The position numbers were made by a program, and so were the translations under genes. Below, in pieces: positions 26,167 to 35,354 of a stretch of 64,000 nucleotides of DNA (positions are counted from its first letter, which is position 1; every line of letters starts with the position of its first letter). Source of the DNA: a virus (Duplodnaviria > Caudoviricetes); the IMG/VR virus record IMGVR_UViG_2867134129_000001, positions 1 through 64,000 of that record. One strand, given 5' to 3'. The notes beneath the pieces were generated by a model. It was not told where the DNA came from and made no database searches. It worked only from the letters and a program-made list of their open reading frames with translations.

Positions 26167-26466
26167 ATGTCTCCGTACCTGATGAACGCTGCTGACCTCG
26201 CTGTCTTGTCTGATGCGGACACGGCGACCGTTTCCTCGCTGGCTGCCCGCCGCCGGTCGCAGATCACCGTTGCTCAGGCCGAGCAGCTGGCTGCTGACCG
26301 CCTCGCAGTGTCCCTGTTGTCGGAGTTCCGGGCGGCGTGGTCGGTCGGTGACCACGACCAGATGACGGCTGTGGTGCTTGCCGCGATTGACCTGGATCAG
26401 GCCGCCCCGGGTTCGCCGCGGTTGATGGATGAGATTCGCGGGCTGAACACCCCGGCCGCGGCCTGA
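26167..26466 (+). CDS. Hypothetical protein
   Basis: GAAGGG RBS; 99-aa ORF. Confidence 0.6.
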   Translation: MSPYLMNAADLAVLSDADTATVSSLAARRRSQITVAQAEQLAADRLAVSLLSEFRAAWSVGDHDQMTAVVLAAIDLDQAAPGSPRLMDEIRGLNTPAAA

Positions 26467-26552
26467 CCCGCGCAGCCGTCCCGGAGCACCATCCCTGCGA
26501 GGTTCGGCCGAGCCGACAGACCGGACCCCGCCCCACTCCGAAAGGACCCGCC

Positions 26553-26813
26553 ATGACCACGCAGACCGAGACCGCCACCGCCGCCGAGCCGCAGGAGGTG
26601 TTCGTCGAGCTCGTCACCATCGACGGCACCCGCTACACCAAGGGCGAGCCCGCCCCGCACGGCACCCTCACCACGTACTCCGGCACGAACATGCCCCTCA
26701 GGGTCCAGGACTACCGCCACCGCGGCGACTGGGTCGAGATCGGCCTGTCCGACGGCTACGCCCTGCGCGTCCCCGAGGCGCAGGTCGCCCGTCTCGTGCT
26801 CCGCACCTGCTGA
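26553..26813 (+). CDS. Hypothetical protein
   Basis: AAAGGA RBS; strong GC3 bias. Confidence 0.65.
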   Translation: MTTQTETATAAEPQEVFVELVTIDGTRYTKGEPAPHGTLTTYSGTNMPLRVQDYRHRGDWVEIGLSDGYALRVPEAQVARLVLRTC

Positions 26814-26909
26814 CCCCGGCCCGCCCTGTCGCCCCAGCCCCGGACCTCGGTGGCTGGTGGCGGTGGAGAGGCCCGGAACAGCCCGAGCCCATACCCATGG
26901 AGGACCCCC

Positions 26910-27080
26910 GTGTTCGGACGCAAGACGGACAAGCAGTGCGCCCAGCAGGCCGTTGCCGCCGCGATCGTCACCGGCACCCAGACCGGCACCGAGCGGGCCG
27001 TCGCCGAATCCCTCACCCGCGAGGAGATGCAGCGCGCGAAGGCGTACCTGGAGTCCGGCAAGCCCCTCACCGGCCGCTGA
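26910..27080 (+). CDS. Small hypothetical protein
   Basis: GGAGG RBS before GTG; MFGRKTDKQCAQQ. Confidence 0.55.
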   Translation: MFGRKTDKQCAQQAVAAAIVTGTQTGTERAVAESLTREEMQRAKAYLESGKPLTGR

Positions 27081-27113
27081 CCAACCACTCGCTGATCCAG
27101 AAGGGACCGCACC

Positions 27114-28466
27114 GTGACGACCAGCCCGCCCCAGGTGAACGGCCGCCCCCGCACTCTGCCCGTCCTGGGGGAGTGGCAGGCCATCACCAAAGCCACCGAA
27201 TGGCCCGCCCTCACCGAGCCGGCCGAACCTGCCGGGCCGAAGTCGGACCTGATCGCCGAAGCCGAAGCCGAAGCGGTAAGGGCCAGGGCGCACGCCGAGG
27301 CGGAAGAGCGCCGCCTCAAGGCCCAAGCCGAAGCCGAAGCGGTACGCATCAAGGCCGCCGAGGAGGCCCGGAAGCTCAAGCTGGCCAACGACAAAGCCGA
27401 AGCCCGCGCCATCGAAGAGCAGGCTGCCCGGGATGCCCGCATCGCCGAGTCCGAGCGGAAGAGGGCAGCAGCCGAGCGCGGCCAGCAGGACGACGAGCGC
27501 GCCCACTGCGAGCAGCAGCAGAACGAGGCCACCGCCGAAGCCGAGATTGCTAAGGCGGCCAGCACCTGGCGGTTCTACGCGGTCATGTTCTACGCCGTGT
27601 GCGCGGTCGTTGCCCTGCCGGTTCAGATCGCTGCGTTCTGGGACCCGAACGCCTGGTGGCTGGTGATCGCCCCGCTCATGCTCGAAGGCGCCGCGCTCGT
27701 CGTCACCAAGGGCGCCGCCGCAGCTGTCGCGGCGAACCGGCCGCACTGGCACTACCGCACCGTCGCCTGGCTGTTCGCGGCCATCGCCGCCGGGATCAAC
27801 CTCAAGCACGGGTTGGACGCCTTCGACCCGGCCACCGCGATCGGCACCGCTTTCGCATCGCTCGCCGGCCCCGGTGTGTGGGACCTTCACGAGCACGGGC
27901 GGATCCGGCGGCGTGACGGGGTGCTCACCCGGCGGGAGCGTCGCGCGGCGAAGAAGGCCGCGAAGCGAGCGGCTGCCGAGCAGGTCACGGCGAAGCTGCA
28001 CGAAGCCGAGCGGCAGGCCCATCTGGAGAACGCCGCACGCAAAACCGCCAGCAAGCTGGACGCCGACCGCAAGCAGATGTTCCCCCAGGTCCACGAGCAC
28101 GCCCTGAAGCTCGCCGCGGACCTCGGCGAGACGGCCATCACCCCGGCGATCTGGCGGCAGGCTAAGCGCAACGTTGAGGGCACCGACCCGGGCGAGTCAG
28201 CCGACACGATCCGCATGCGCAACGCGGCCGAGATGAGGGTCGAAGCCGCCCGTCTCAAGAAGCCCGTCAGCACCCTCAGCAAGACCACGAATGCGCAGCG
28301 TGCCGCCCATCTCCCCCCTGCCTCCACGAAGCCCCGCCCGAAGCCCATTCCCCCCCGCCGGAAGCGTGGCGACAGCACCCCGTTCCATCCGGCCGCGAAG
28401 CGTCTTGCGGCCGACACCGCACGCCGGTCCATGACTGTCCGCATCAACGATGAGGAGAACCGATGA
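27114..28466 (+). CDS. DUF2637/Spd-like membrane protein with coiled coils (transfer/spreading)
   Basis: Coiled-coil N-terminus, about 4 TM segments, AAGINLKHG; directly upstream of traA. Confidence 0.65.
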   Translation: MTTSPPQVNGRPRTLPVLGEWQAITKATEWPALTEPAEPAGPKSDLIAEAEAEAVRARAHAEAEERRLKAQAEAEAVRIKAAEEARKLKLANDKAEARAIEEQAARDARIAESERKRAAAERGQQDDERAHCEQQQNEATAEAEIAKAASTWRFYAVMFYAVCAVVALPVQIAAFWDPNAWWLVIAPLMLEGAALVVTKGAAAAVAANRPHWHYRTVAWLFAAIAAGINLKHGLDAFDPATAIGTAFASLAGPGVWDLHEHGRIRRRDGVLTRRERRAAKKAAKRAAAEQVTAKLHEAERQAHLENAARKTASKLDADRKQMFPQVHEHALKLAADLGETAITPAIWRQAKRNVEGTDPGESADTIRMRNAAEMRVEAARLKKPVSTLSKTTNAQRAAHLPPASTKPRPKPIPPRRKRGDSTPFHPAAKRLAADTARRSMTVRINDEENR

Positions 28467-28975
28467 ACACCCCGCCCCGTCCCCGCACCGCACCCACGAA
28501 CGGTGCCGTCCACAACAGCAAGACGCGCACCGGCGGAGGCTTCAACCCGTCGCTCGGATTTTCCGTGAACAAGACCGTCATGCAGGGCGGTACGGGGGCT
28601 GGCGCAGGAGCTGCCGGCAAAACCGGCGGGAAGGTCCCCGGCTCCGACTTCATGTCCAACGAGGACATCCGTGCGTTCTGCGAGTACCTCCGCAAGGAGT
28701 CCCGGAACCGGGCCACCGAGCGGGCCATGGACGCCGACCACCTCGAAGCCGTCCTCCGCACCATCCCCGACGCCGGCGGCAGCCTCCACGGCTCCCGGGC
28801 CCGGGCCCGCCGTGTGTCCCGGTGGCTGAAGAAGGTCGCCGCTGCGGAGAAAGCAATCCAGAAGTACTCCGCGATGGTGTACGGCACGTTCGAGCGCGAG
28901 TACGAGTCCGACCTGCGAAAGGTCGGCAAGGGCCGCAACCAGCCCCCGCGCACCAGCAAGTTCGGCTGGCGCTAA
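28463..28975 (+). CDS. traA: Streptomyces plasmid transfer protein TraA-like
   Basis: DFMSNEDIRAFCEYLR..SRARARRVSRWLKK..FEREY; position upstream of traB. Confidence 0.7.
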   Translation: MNTPPRPRTAPTNGAVHNSKTRTGGGFNPSLGFSVNKTVMQGGTGAGAGAAGKTGGKVPGSDFMSNEDIRAFCEYLRKESRNRATERAMDADHLEAVLRTIPDAGGSLHGSRARARRVSRWLKKVAAAEKAIQKYSAMVYGTFEREYESDLRKVGKGRNQPPRTSKFGWR

Positions 28976-29017
28976 ACCCCACCCGTACACCCCATCACCC
29001 GCTGAAAGGCCACACCC

Positions 29018-29245
29018 ATGAAGCAGACCTGGACCGCAACAACCATCGCCGAAGCCCTCAACCTCCTCGACGCGGCGACGAAGCAGCTCGAAGCGCAGGC
29101 GCTCGCCCTGGAGCCCGGCAGCTTCCACGAGCGTAAGGAAGCCGAGCGCGCCACCCCGATCCACCTCGTCATCGACTTCGACCTCACCGACCTCATCCAG
29201 CGGACCACCGACAAGCACTTGACCCGACAGACCAGCCACGGCTGA
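29018..29245 (+). CDS. Small hypothetical protein between traA and traB
   Basis: AAAGG RBS; 75-aa ORF. Confidence 0.5.
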   Translation: MKQTWTATTIAEALNLLDAATKQLEAQALALEPGSFHERKEAERATPIHLVIDFDLTDLIQRTTDKHLTRQTSHG

Positions 29246-29279
29246 TCGCCCAACTCGAAGAAATTAGGAGAACACCCCC

Positions 29280-31283
29280 GTGGCTGACAGCCCCAAGGCC
29301 AACCTGTGGAAGGCCACCACGCACCCCCGCATGAGGCCCTGGCTGACAGTCGCCGCCGAGGTCCCCGCCACCTTCGCCGCCCACCACTACTGGGGCGACT
29401 CCGTACCCGCAGCAATCGGCCTCACCGTCGCAGCCGGAGTACTGACCGCCGCAACCTGGTGGGCGGGGGAGGGGACCCGGCCCGGACGCCGGATCCACGC
29501 CACCCTGTCCACCGGCCTCGGCACCTCCTACCTCGTCGTCGGAACCGCCGTCGGCCCGTTCGACCCCGCCCTGGCCTCAACCCTCGTCATCGGCGGCGCC
29601 GTGGCCGCAGGGTCGTGGAACATCCGCCAGGCGCTGCGCGTCAACGTCGACCCCCAGAAGTCCGGCGGCAGCGCCGAGACCGGGATCCTCGTCAAGGCCA
29701 TCGGCGACGCCAAGGTCGCCCTCCGCGGCAAGCCGAAAATCGAACCCAACAAGGTCACCGTGCCCCTGCAACTGGCCGCCGGGCAGGTCACCTCCGACGA
29801 CCTCGGCAACCGCATCAAGCACATCGCCGGCGAGCTCGGCGTCTCCCCGAACAGCATCCGCGTCATCCCCGACCCCGACGACGCAGCCCGCGCCACCCTC
29901 GTCGTTGTACCCAAGGACGAACTGAAGACCAGCACCATCTGGCCTGGCCCGTCCAACCCGGGCGGCAGCATCACTGACCCGATCGCCATCGGGATCTACG
30001 AGGACGGCGAAGTGGCCGTCCTGTGGTTCCCCTTCGACTCGCACACCAAGAGGAACGCCACCCACTTTCTGGCCGCGGGCATGAACGGCTCCGCGAAGTC
30101 CACCGGCATCAGCGTCGCCATGGCCGAAGTGCTGACCAAGCCCGACGCCATTGTTTGGGCCGTCGACCCCTCCAAGGGGCAGCAGACCTTCGCCCCGTTC
30201 CTGCCCCACCTCGACTGGGTCGAGATGACCGAAGCCGGCGGCAACGAGATGATCGACGCCCTGTCCCAGGTCATCACCGCCCGCGCCAACCACCTTGGCC
30301 AACACGGCTACAAGAACTGGACCCCGGACGCGTTCGACCAGCTCGGCATGCCTTACATGATCGTGTGGATCGAGGAAGCCGCGAAATTCTTCCGCAACGG
30401 CACCGAAATGGAAGGTCTGGTCATGGAGGCCCGATCCGCCGGGATCAGCGTCATCATCAGCCTCCAACGCCCCTCCGCCACCAGCATGCCCACCGACGTC
30501 CGCGAGCAGCTCGGCGGCGTCCTGTGCTTCGGCGTGAAGGGCTCCACCACCGCCGACATGGCCCTCCCTGACGACGTCCGCGACGCCGGGGCCCGCCCTG
30601 AGGCATGGGAGAACCGCAAGCCCGGCTACGCCTACCTCGTCGCCCCCGGCGTCGACGAGGAGCGCTACGCCACCCCCCTGCGCACCTACCTCATCGACGA
30701 CGACCAGATCACCGGGGCCCTTTCCATCCTGCCCCGCACCCCCATCGACCCCGTCACCGCCGCCGCAGCCGGTGACGCCTACGCCAACCGCACCCGATAC
30801 GACGCTGACACGCCCCTGACCAGCAGTGACAGCACCCGACAGGAGACAACCGTCATGTCGAACAACGAGAACGAACAGGCCGAGAAGGCGCTGCTGGAAA
30901 AGCAGGTCGACCGGGAGATCGACGCCATGGTCGGCGACGACCCCGACGACGACGGGTCCGTACCCGACGTCGACGCCGAACAGGAGATTCCCGCCCCGAC
31001 CGAGACATGGTCGTTCGGGCAGGCACCGGCGCCGTCTGTAGAGAACACGCCGCAGGCTGGCATGGAGGCGCTGATGGCCATGCTCGACGAGTTCCGGACC
31101 GAGGAGAAGGAGTTCATCGGGCCGCGGGACTTCGGCCCGTTCGGCAAGGGGGAGCGCATCGGAAGGTCCCGATCCTGGGTGTCAATGCAGCTGGGAGACC
31201 TATCAGACGCTGGAGTTCACCTCCAGGAGACCGAGCAGCCGGGCGTCTACCGGCTGCTCTACCCGGAGCTGGCGGCGGTCTGA
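29280..31283 (+). CDS. traB: TraB-type FtsK/SpoIIIE conjugal DNA translocase
   Basis: N-terminal TM helices, Walker A GMNGSAKS, VDPSKG, Walker B IVWIEEAA, ARSAGIS..SLQRP, C-terminal wHTH GRSRSWVS. Confidence 0.88.
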   Translation: MADSPKANLWKATTHPRMRPWLTVAAEVPATFAAHHYWGDSVPAAIGLTVAAGVLTAATWWAGEGTRPGRRIHATLSTGLGTSYLVVGTAVGPFDPALASTLVIGGAVAAGSWNIRQALRVNVDPQKSGGSAETGILVKAIGDAKVALRGKPKIEPNKVTVPLQLAAGQVTSDDLGNRIKHIAGELGVSPNSIRVIPDPDDAARATLVVVPKDELKTSTIWPGPSNPGGSITDPIAIGIYEDGEVAVLWFPFDSHTKRNATHFLAAGMNGSAKSTGISVAMAEVLTKPDAIVWAVDPSKGQQTFAPFLPHLDWVEMTEAGGNEMIDALSQVITARANHLGQHGYKNWTPDAFDQLGMPYMIVWIEEAAKFFRNGTEMEGLVMEARSAGISVIISLQRPSATSMPTDVREQLGGVLCFGVKGSTTADMALPDDVRDAGARPEAWENRKPGYAYLVAPGVDEERYATPLRTYLIDDDQITGALSILPRTPIDPVTAAAAGDAYANRTRYDADTPLTSSDSTRQETTVMSNNENEQAEKALLEKQVDREIDAMVGDDPDDDGSVPDVDAEQEIPAPTETWSFGQAPAPSVENTPQAGMEALMAMLDEFRTEEKEFIGPRDFGPFGKGERIGRSRSWVSMQLGDLSDAGVHLQETEQPGVYRLLYPELAAV

Positions 31284-31456
31284 CACCTAGGTGTCAGAAG
31301 CTAACACCCCTTCTGACCTGCGGTAACACCGGATTCACACCTGAATTCCATGATCATTTGTCGATGGAGGTGTGAATCCGGGGTGTTAGCGCCCTCGCGA
31401 GGGTCGATCTCTTAGGTCATGCGCGTGCGCGCGCGAAGTTGGCACCTTCTGGCACC
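31280..31456. repeat. clt-like locus: 8-bp (C/T/G)T(A/G/C)ACACC repeats and inverted repeats after traB
   Basis: ctgacacc-ta-ggtgtcag palindrome, ctaacacc, gtaacacc, ttcacacc, ggtgtgaa, ggtgttag, ttggcacc, ctggcacc; 14-bp IR ccggattcacacct/aggtgtgaatccgg. Confidence 0.7.
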
Positions 31457-31497
31457 TTGGCTCTGTCAATCTGCATAAAAGGTAAGGAAGTTCTCAA

Positions 31498-32323
31498 ATG
31501 GGTCAGCCTCTCGGCTCGTCCTCCTTCGCACCGCAGTGCGCGGCCACCGCAGGCGAGAAGCCATGCCGCGAGGCACCCTCGATCGGCTACCCGGTGCCTC
31601 TGTGCGAACCGCACCGCCTTCGAGTCGCCCTCGACGCAGTCCCGGCTGTGCTCGGACGCGCGTTGGGGAGCGTGGCAAGCCCCGTCGCTGGCCTTGACCT
31701 CAATATGGAGACCGGACGGGTGCTGAACGCACCGCCCGCGACATTCAACGAAGGCTTCATACGCGGGCGGCACGAAGCCGTCGTCTACTTCCTCCTCAAC
31801 GGAAGTCGCGTGAAGATCGGCTATCCAGTCACTCACCGCACGCCTTCGCGCCCTTGCCCTGAGCGACACGGCAGTCGTGCTCCTCCTGAGCGGAGGAAGG
31901 CTCCTGGAAAGGGCGCTGCACGTCAAGTTCGCTGCGTCTCGGGTCAAGGGAACCGAGTGGTTCGAGATCACTGCCGACCTTCTGCGATACATCGGGGATC
32001 GGCTGGCCCGGCCGGCGGTGAGTGTTCAGGCGATTGCTTCAAGTGCGGCCACCAACGAGGAACCTGACCTCAAGGCCAAAAATTCTCCCCGACCACAGAT
32101 GAACGATGCGCGACAAGCGCTCCTGCGCCTCATTGACCAAGCCCAAGCAGAGGGGCAGGACTGCGTCAGCCCACGTCACCTCTGGGGGAAACATCAGCAC
32201 ACCCTGCGCCGAAGCCGCCCGTGGGTGAGCGCCGAGCTCTCCCGACTGGCCGACGAGGGAGTTATCTGCCGGACAGAAGAAGCTGGCATCTACTCCTTCA
32301 CCCCAGAAAGGACAAACTCGTGA
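31498..32323 (+). pseudogene. Frameshifted zinc finger + GIY-YIG (T5orf172-like) nuclease + TraB-like wHTH
   Basis: VVYFLLNGSRVKIGY in one frame continues as LTARLRALAL..LERALHVKFAASRVKGTEWF in another; shift near 31825-31832. Confidence 0.75.
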
Positions 32324-32751
32324 AAAGACCCGAAGCGGACGGAGGTCGAGCGAAAGTTCTAGCCGCCGCACTCCGCACCTGGACCACCGTCGACAACGAC
32401 CCCGAACCCACCGTTGCACGCCTCGAAATCCGCTACCCACCCCACTGGGCGTTCACCTCCACCAACAACATCACCGCCAGGCAGCAGGGCCGCCTTCTCG
32501 CGTTCCTTCGCGACGACCTCGCCGAGAACCGGCCCTCCCACTCCACCCCCGAACGCGCCTCCGCCGTCATCCACGGCCTCCTCGCCGAGCATGCCGCGGC
32601 CGGCCGTGACCGCATCACCACTGCCGATCTCACCGAAGCCGCACCCCGGATCGGCCGCTCCCGCACCTGGATTGCAGCCCACGTCACCGACCTCATCGAC
32701 GCCGGGGTGCTCCATGAAACCCGGCGCCCCGACACCTTCCGCATCAACTAG
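32320..32751 (+). CDS. Hypothetical protein with C-terminal TraB-like winged helix
   Basis: GTGA-coupled; RIGRSRTWIAAHVTDLIDAGVLHETRRPDTFRI. Confidence 0.7.
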   Translation: MKRPEADGGRAKVLAAALRTWTTVDNDPEPTVARLEIRYPPHWAFTSTNNITARQQGRLLAFLRDDLAENRPSHSTPERASAVIHGLLAEHAAAGRDRITTADLTEAAPRIGRSRTWIAAHVTDLIDAGVLHETRRPDTFRIN

Positions 32752-32760
32752 GAGGCCCTC

Positions 32761-32955
32761 GTGTTCACCGGAACCCCTGCCGAGCTTCGCCGCCGTGAGA
32801 CACGGGCTGCCGAGCACGCCGCCCAGGTTGCCGAGCTGCTCAACGCCATCGGCGACCTAGGCATCGGCGTGATCGTTCCCGCGTCGAACCGGGTCATTGG
32901 CCCCGGCTTCACCATCCGCCCCGTGAACGGCCGCTGGGCCGTCGACAACCACTAG
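32761..32955 (+). CDS. Small hypothetical protein
   Basis: AGGAGG RBS. Confidence 0.6.
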   Translation: MFTGTPAELRRRETRAAEHAAQVAELLNAIGDLGIGVIVPASNRVIGPGFTIRPVNGRWAVDNH

Positions 32956-32964
32956 GAGTTCACC

Positions 32965-33441
32965 GTGCAGCTGCCCGAGCAGCCCGTCGCCGGGCAGCCC
33001 GACCCCGCCATCCGCCGCAACGCCGACCAACTCATGGCCGCCATCAACGAGATCCAGGTCGAGGAGGCCACCTCGTACCGAGACGACACCCCGCTCCCCG
33101 CGGTCGGCCTCACCCCGCCCGTGCCGCAGCCGGGCCCGCCCCCGATGTCGCAGTGGGCCATCGACAGCAGCGGAGTTCTCAAAGGCCTCAGCGTCGCGTC
33201 CCTCCCGGTCGGGGTTGCGGTGTGGCTCGTCGGCCAGGTCGACCCGCTGACCCTCGGCATCATCCTCGGATCGCCGACTGCCGTAGCCCTCGCCGTGGCC
33301 CGTCTGGTTGCGAAGGTCAAGGACGCCAACCGGGACGCCCAGCCCGTCGTTCAGCACTACCACGGGCCCGTCACCCACGACGAGCGGACCATCAACGCCG
33401 ACGCCCGCGGGGTTTGGGCCCGCACCTCTAACAATCTCTAG
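32965..33441 (+). CDS. Spd-like two-TM membrane protein
   Basis: TSYRDDTPLPAVG.TPPVPQPG.PPMSQ motif, two TM helices, HYHGPVTHD.R tail typical of Streptomyces plasmid genes. Confidence 0.65.
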   Translation: MQLPEQPVAGQPDPAIRRNADQLMAAINEIQVEEATSYRDDTPLPAVGLTPPVPQPGPPPMSQWAIDSSGVLKGLSVASLPVGVAVWLVGQVDPLTLGIILGSPTAVALAVARLVAKVKDANRDAQPVVQHYHGPVTHDERTINADARGVWARTSNNL

Positions 33442-33581
33442 ACCGCCCCACCAGTCACACCAGCCTCAAGTTTCGACAATCCGCTACGCGCCTGCACTCG
33501 TCTGGACTCCACTGGTCTGGGCGGAAGTAAGGCGACCACCACGAACAAGGCCAAGCGCCTTGGCCGCTGAAGGGGACGAGA

Positions 33582-33881
33582 ATGCCGACCGAGACCGAGA
33601 CCGATGATGCCTGGATCGGCCCGTATGGCCGCCGACTGCCCTCACCTCCGACGAAGATTGTGAACGGCCGTGTCCTGCGACGGCGCTGGGGCGTTGTCGG
33701 TCAACGCCGGCACATGCTCGGCGACGCGGAGATCGAGTGCGCCTACATCCTCGACGACGGGCAGCCTGACGTGGAGCACCACTGGAATCGGTCACCCGGC
33801 ATGCCCTCGTACCTGTGTGTTACCGGCTGGACTCTGCCCGCCTGTTTCGCTGAGTTCAAGCGGGCGTGGGGTGCACGCTGA
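33582..33881 (+). CDS. Hypothetical protein
   Basis: AAGGGG RBS; 99 aa. Confidence 0.5.
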   Translation: MPTETETDDAWIGPYGRRLPSPPTKIVNGRVLRRRWGVVGQRRHMLGDAEIECAYILDDGQPDVEHHWNRSPGMPSYLCVTGWTLPACFAEFKRAWGAR

Positions 33882-33947
33882 ACGCTGAACGCCCACCGCA
33901 GTCGCCATCCGAACCCCGTGCACCAGCCGACCTGAGAGGGCCTACCA

Positions 33948-34400
33948 GTGACCGATGATCGAACCTATGCGTGGCGAATCACCGACCAGACCCCGGAACG
34001 TGCAGTTCTGGCCGCAGGTTTCACGTCGTTCGACGAGCCCTTGGCCGAGTGGGATGCGGCCGGGCCGATCGTGGCCAGCTTCCGTAAGGAGCACCCTGAT
34101 GTTGGGGCGGTGGACATCTGGGTGTGGATCAAAGATTCGCCGTTCAACGCCGCAGACGATCACCTGATCCCCTGGGTGTCCGACCGAGACCCGCACGGCA
34201 ATGACCCTGTACCGTCCGATGCCGCCCGGTACTCCTATGGCCCGACCGTTGGCGAAGATCCTGCCGGCCGCGCCAGGGCCGACGTTCTGGCCGCGGCACT
34301 CAGCAGGTACGACGCCGCCCTCGGCCACGTCGCCGCACGGACAGCGCTCAACGTGGCCGCCCGGCTCGCCGACCTCGCCGAACGGCGCACGTCGCAGTGA
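33948..34400 (+). CDS. Hypothetical protein
   Basis: GAGGG RBS; 150 aa. Confidence 0.55.
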   Translation: MTDDRTYAWRITDQTPERAVLAAGFTSFDEPLAEWDAAGPIVASFRKEHPDVGAVDIWVWIKDSPFNAADDHLIPWVSDRDPHGNDPVPSDAARYSYGPTVGEDPAGRARADVLAAALSRYDAALGHVAARTALNVAARLADLAERRTSQ

Positions 34401-34439
34401 ACGCCTGACTGGGCGCCTGAGCTCCGGCAAGATGATCGC

Positions 34440-34622
34440 ATGGCACTCAGCTTGAGCTTCACTGGTGAAGGCAAGGACATGACGTTCGACGAGCTCGAAG
34501 AGTTCGTCAGGCAGGCCCGCGAAGGCGGGGTACAGGGGGACCGTAACGTGTACGCGGAGCTCAGCAGCTCGGGGAAGGTGAAGGAGATGCGGGTGCGGCT
34601 TGGTGAAGAAGGCGACGATTAG
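34440..34622 (+). CDS. Small acidic hypothetical protein (leaderless)
   Basis: CAAGAT -10 lies 6 nt before the ATG; MTFDELEEFVRQAR. Confidence 0.55.
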   Translation: MALSLSFTGEGKDMTFDELEEFVRQAREGGVQGDRNVYAELSSSGKVKEMRVRLGEEGDD

Positions 34623-34808
34623 TCACCGCACGACGAAGCCCCGGACCTGGTGGTCCGGGGCTTTTCTATGTTCCACGCGCGCGATCCAGGATCCGCCCAG
34701 TCGATCCGTCGGGAGCAGAGTCACCGTGACGTCCAGCAGCCGGCGCAGCTCATCCAGGGCGTCCTGGCACTCCTGCCGGGACGCGCCGTGGACCGTGTAC
34801 CTCGCCAT
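34623..34808 (-). CDS. Small hypothetical protein (leaderless)
   Basis: CAGAAT -10 lies 6 nt before the ATG; MARYTVHGASRQECQDALDEL. Confidence 0.55.
   Translation of the reverse strand: MARYTVHGASRQECQDALDELRRLLDVTVTLLPTDRLGGSWIARVEHRKAPDHQVRGFVVR
34636..34667 (+). terminator. Rho-independent terminator
   Basis: aagccccggacc-tggt-ggtccggggctt followed by ttct. Confidence 0.7.
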
Positions 34809-34856
34809 GCAGGCATTCTGCCGGGGGAGTCGGGATGGTGGGGGAGATCGGTGGAA

Positions 34857-35354
34857 CTAGCCCCCGGTCAGCGCCTCCTCGTATCCGGGGTGGTCGCTGT
34901 ACGGCAGGGCGAGGAGTTCCAGGGTGCGGCGAACCCGGGCGTCCCGGCCACAGGACTCCCAGCACTCCGGCTCGACGCCGTCCTCGTGGCGGCGCTCCTC
35001 GTTGAGATCTTCGAGCGCGGCTGCGGTGCTCGCATCGAGCCCGTCGACTGCTGTTGCGCGAGGGCACGTCTCGTACTGGTCGGCGCTCACGTGATGCCGG
35101 TCAGACAGCGCGCCGTCGATCAGCTGCCGTTTCGCTTCGACTTCCCGCAGGGTGCGGGCCGGGTCCTGGCGGGCGATGTGGGCTCCCTCGTCTGCCCAGG
35201 TGTGCCGCGCTACGGGAGCTCCGTCGCCAGCGCGAACAGACGCCCCTTCCAGCCTCCAAGAGGCGCCACCTTGCTCGCGGCTGGCTGCCTTGCGCGCGGC
35301 CTGGGCGTCGTCATCGAGGCGGGCCTTGAGGAAGGCCACCAAGGCGTCGGTCAT
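34857..35354 (-). CDS. DUF6221-like phage protein
   Basis: LVAFLKARLDDD, HIARQDPARTLREVEAKR, LLALPYSDHPGY. Confidence 0.8.
   Translation of the reverse strand: MTDALVAFLKARLDDDAQAARKAASREQGGASWRLEGASVRAGDGAPVARHTWADEGAHIARQDPARTLREVEAKRQLIDGALSDRHHVSADQYETCPRATAVDGLDASTAAALEDLNEERRHEDGVEPECWESCGRDARVRRTLELLALPYSDHPGYEEALTGG

Noticed and set aside
26397-28100. 567-aa ORF on the - strand
   Set aside because: Shadow of the + strand tra-operon genes, which have RBSs and proper codon bias
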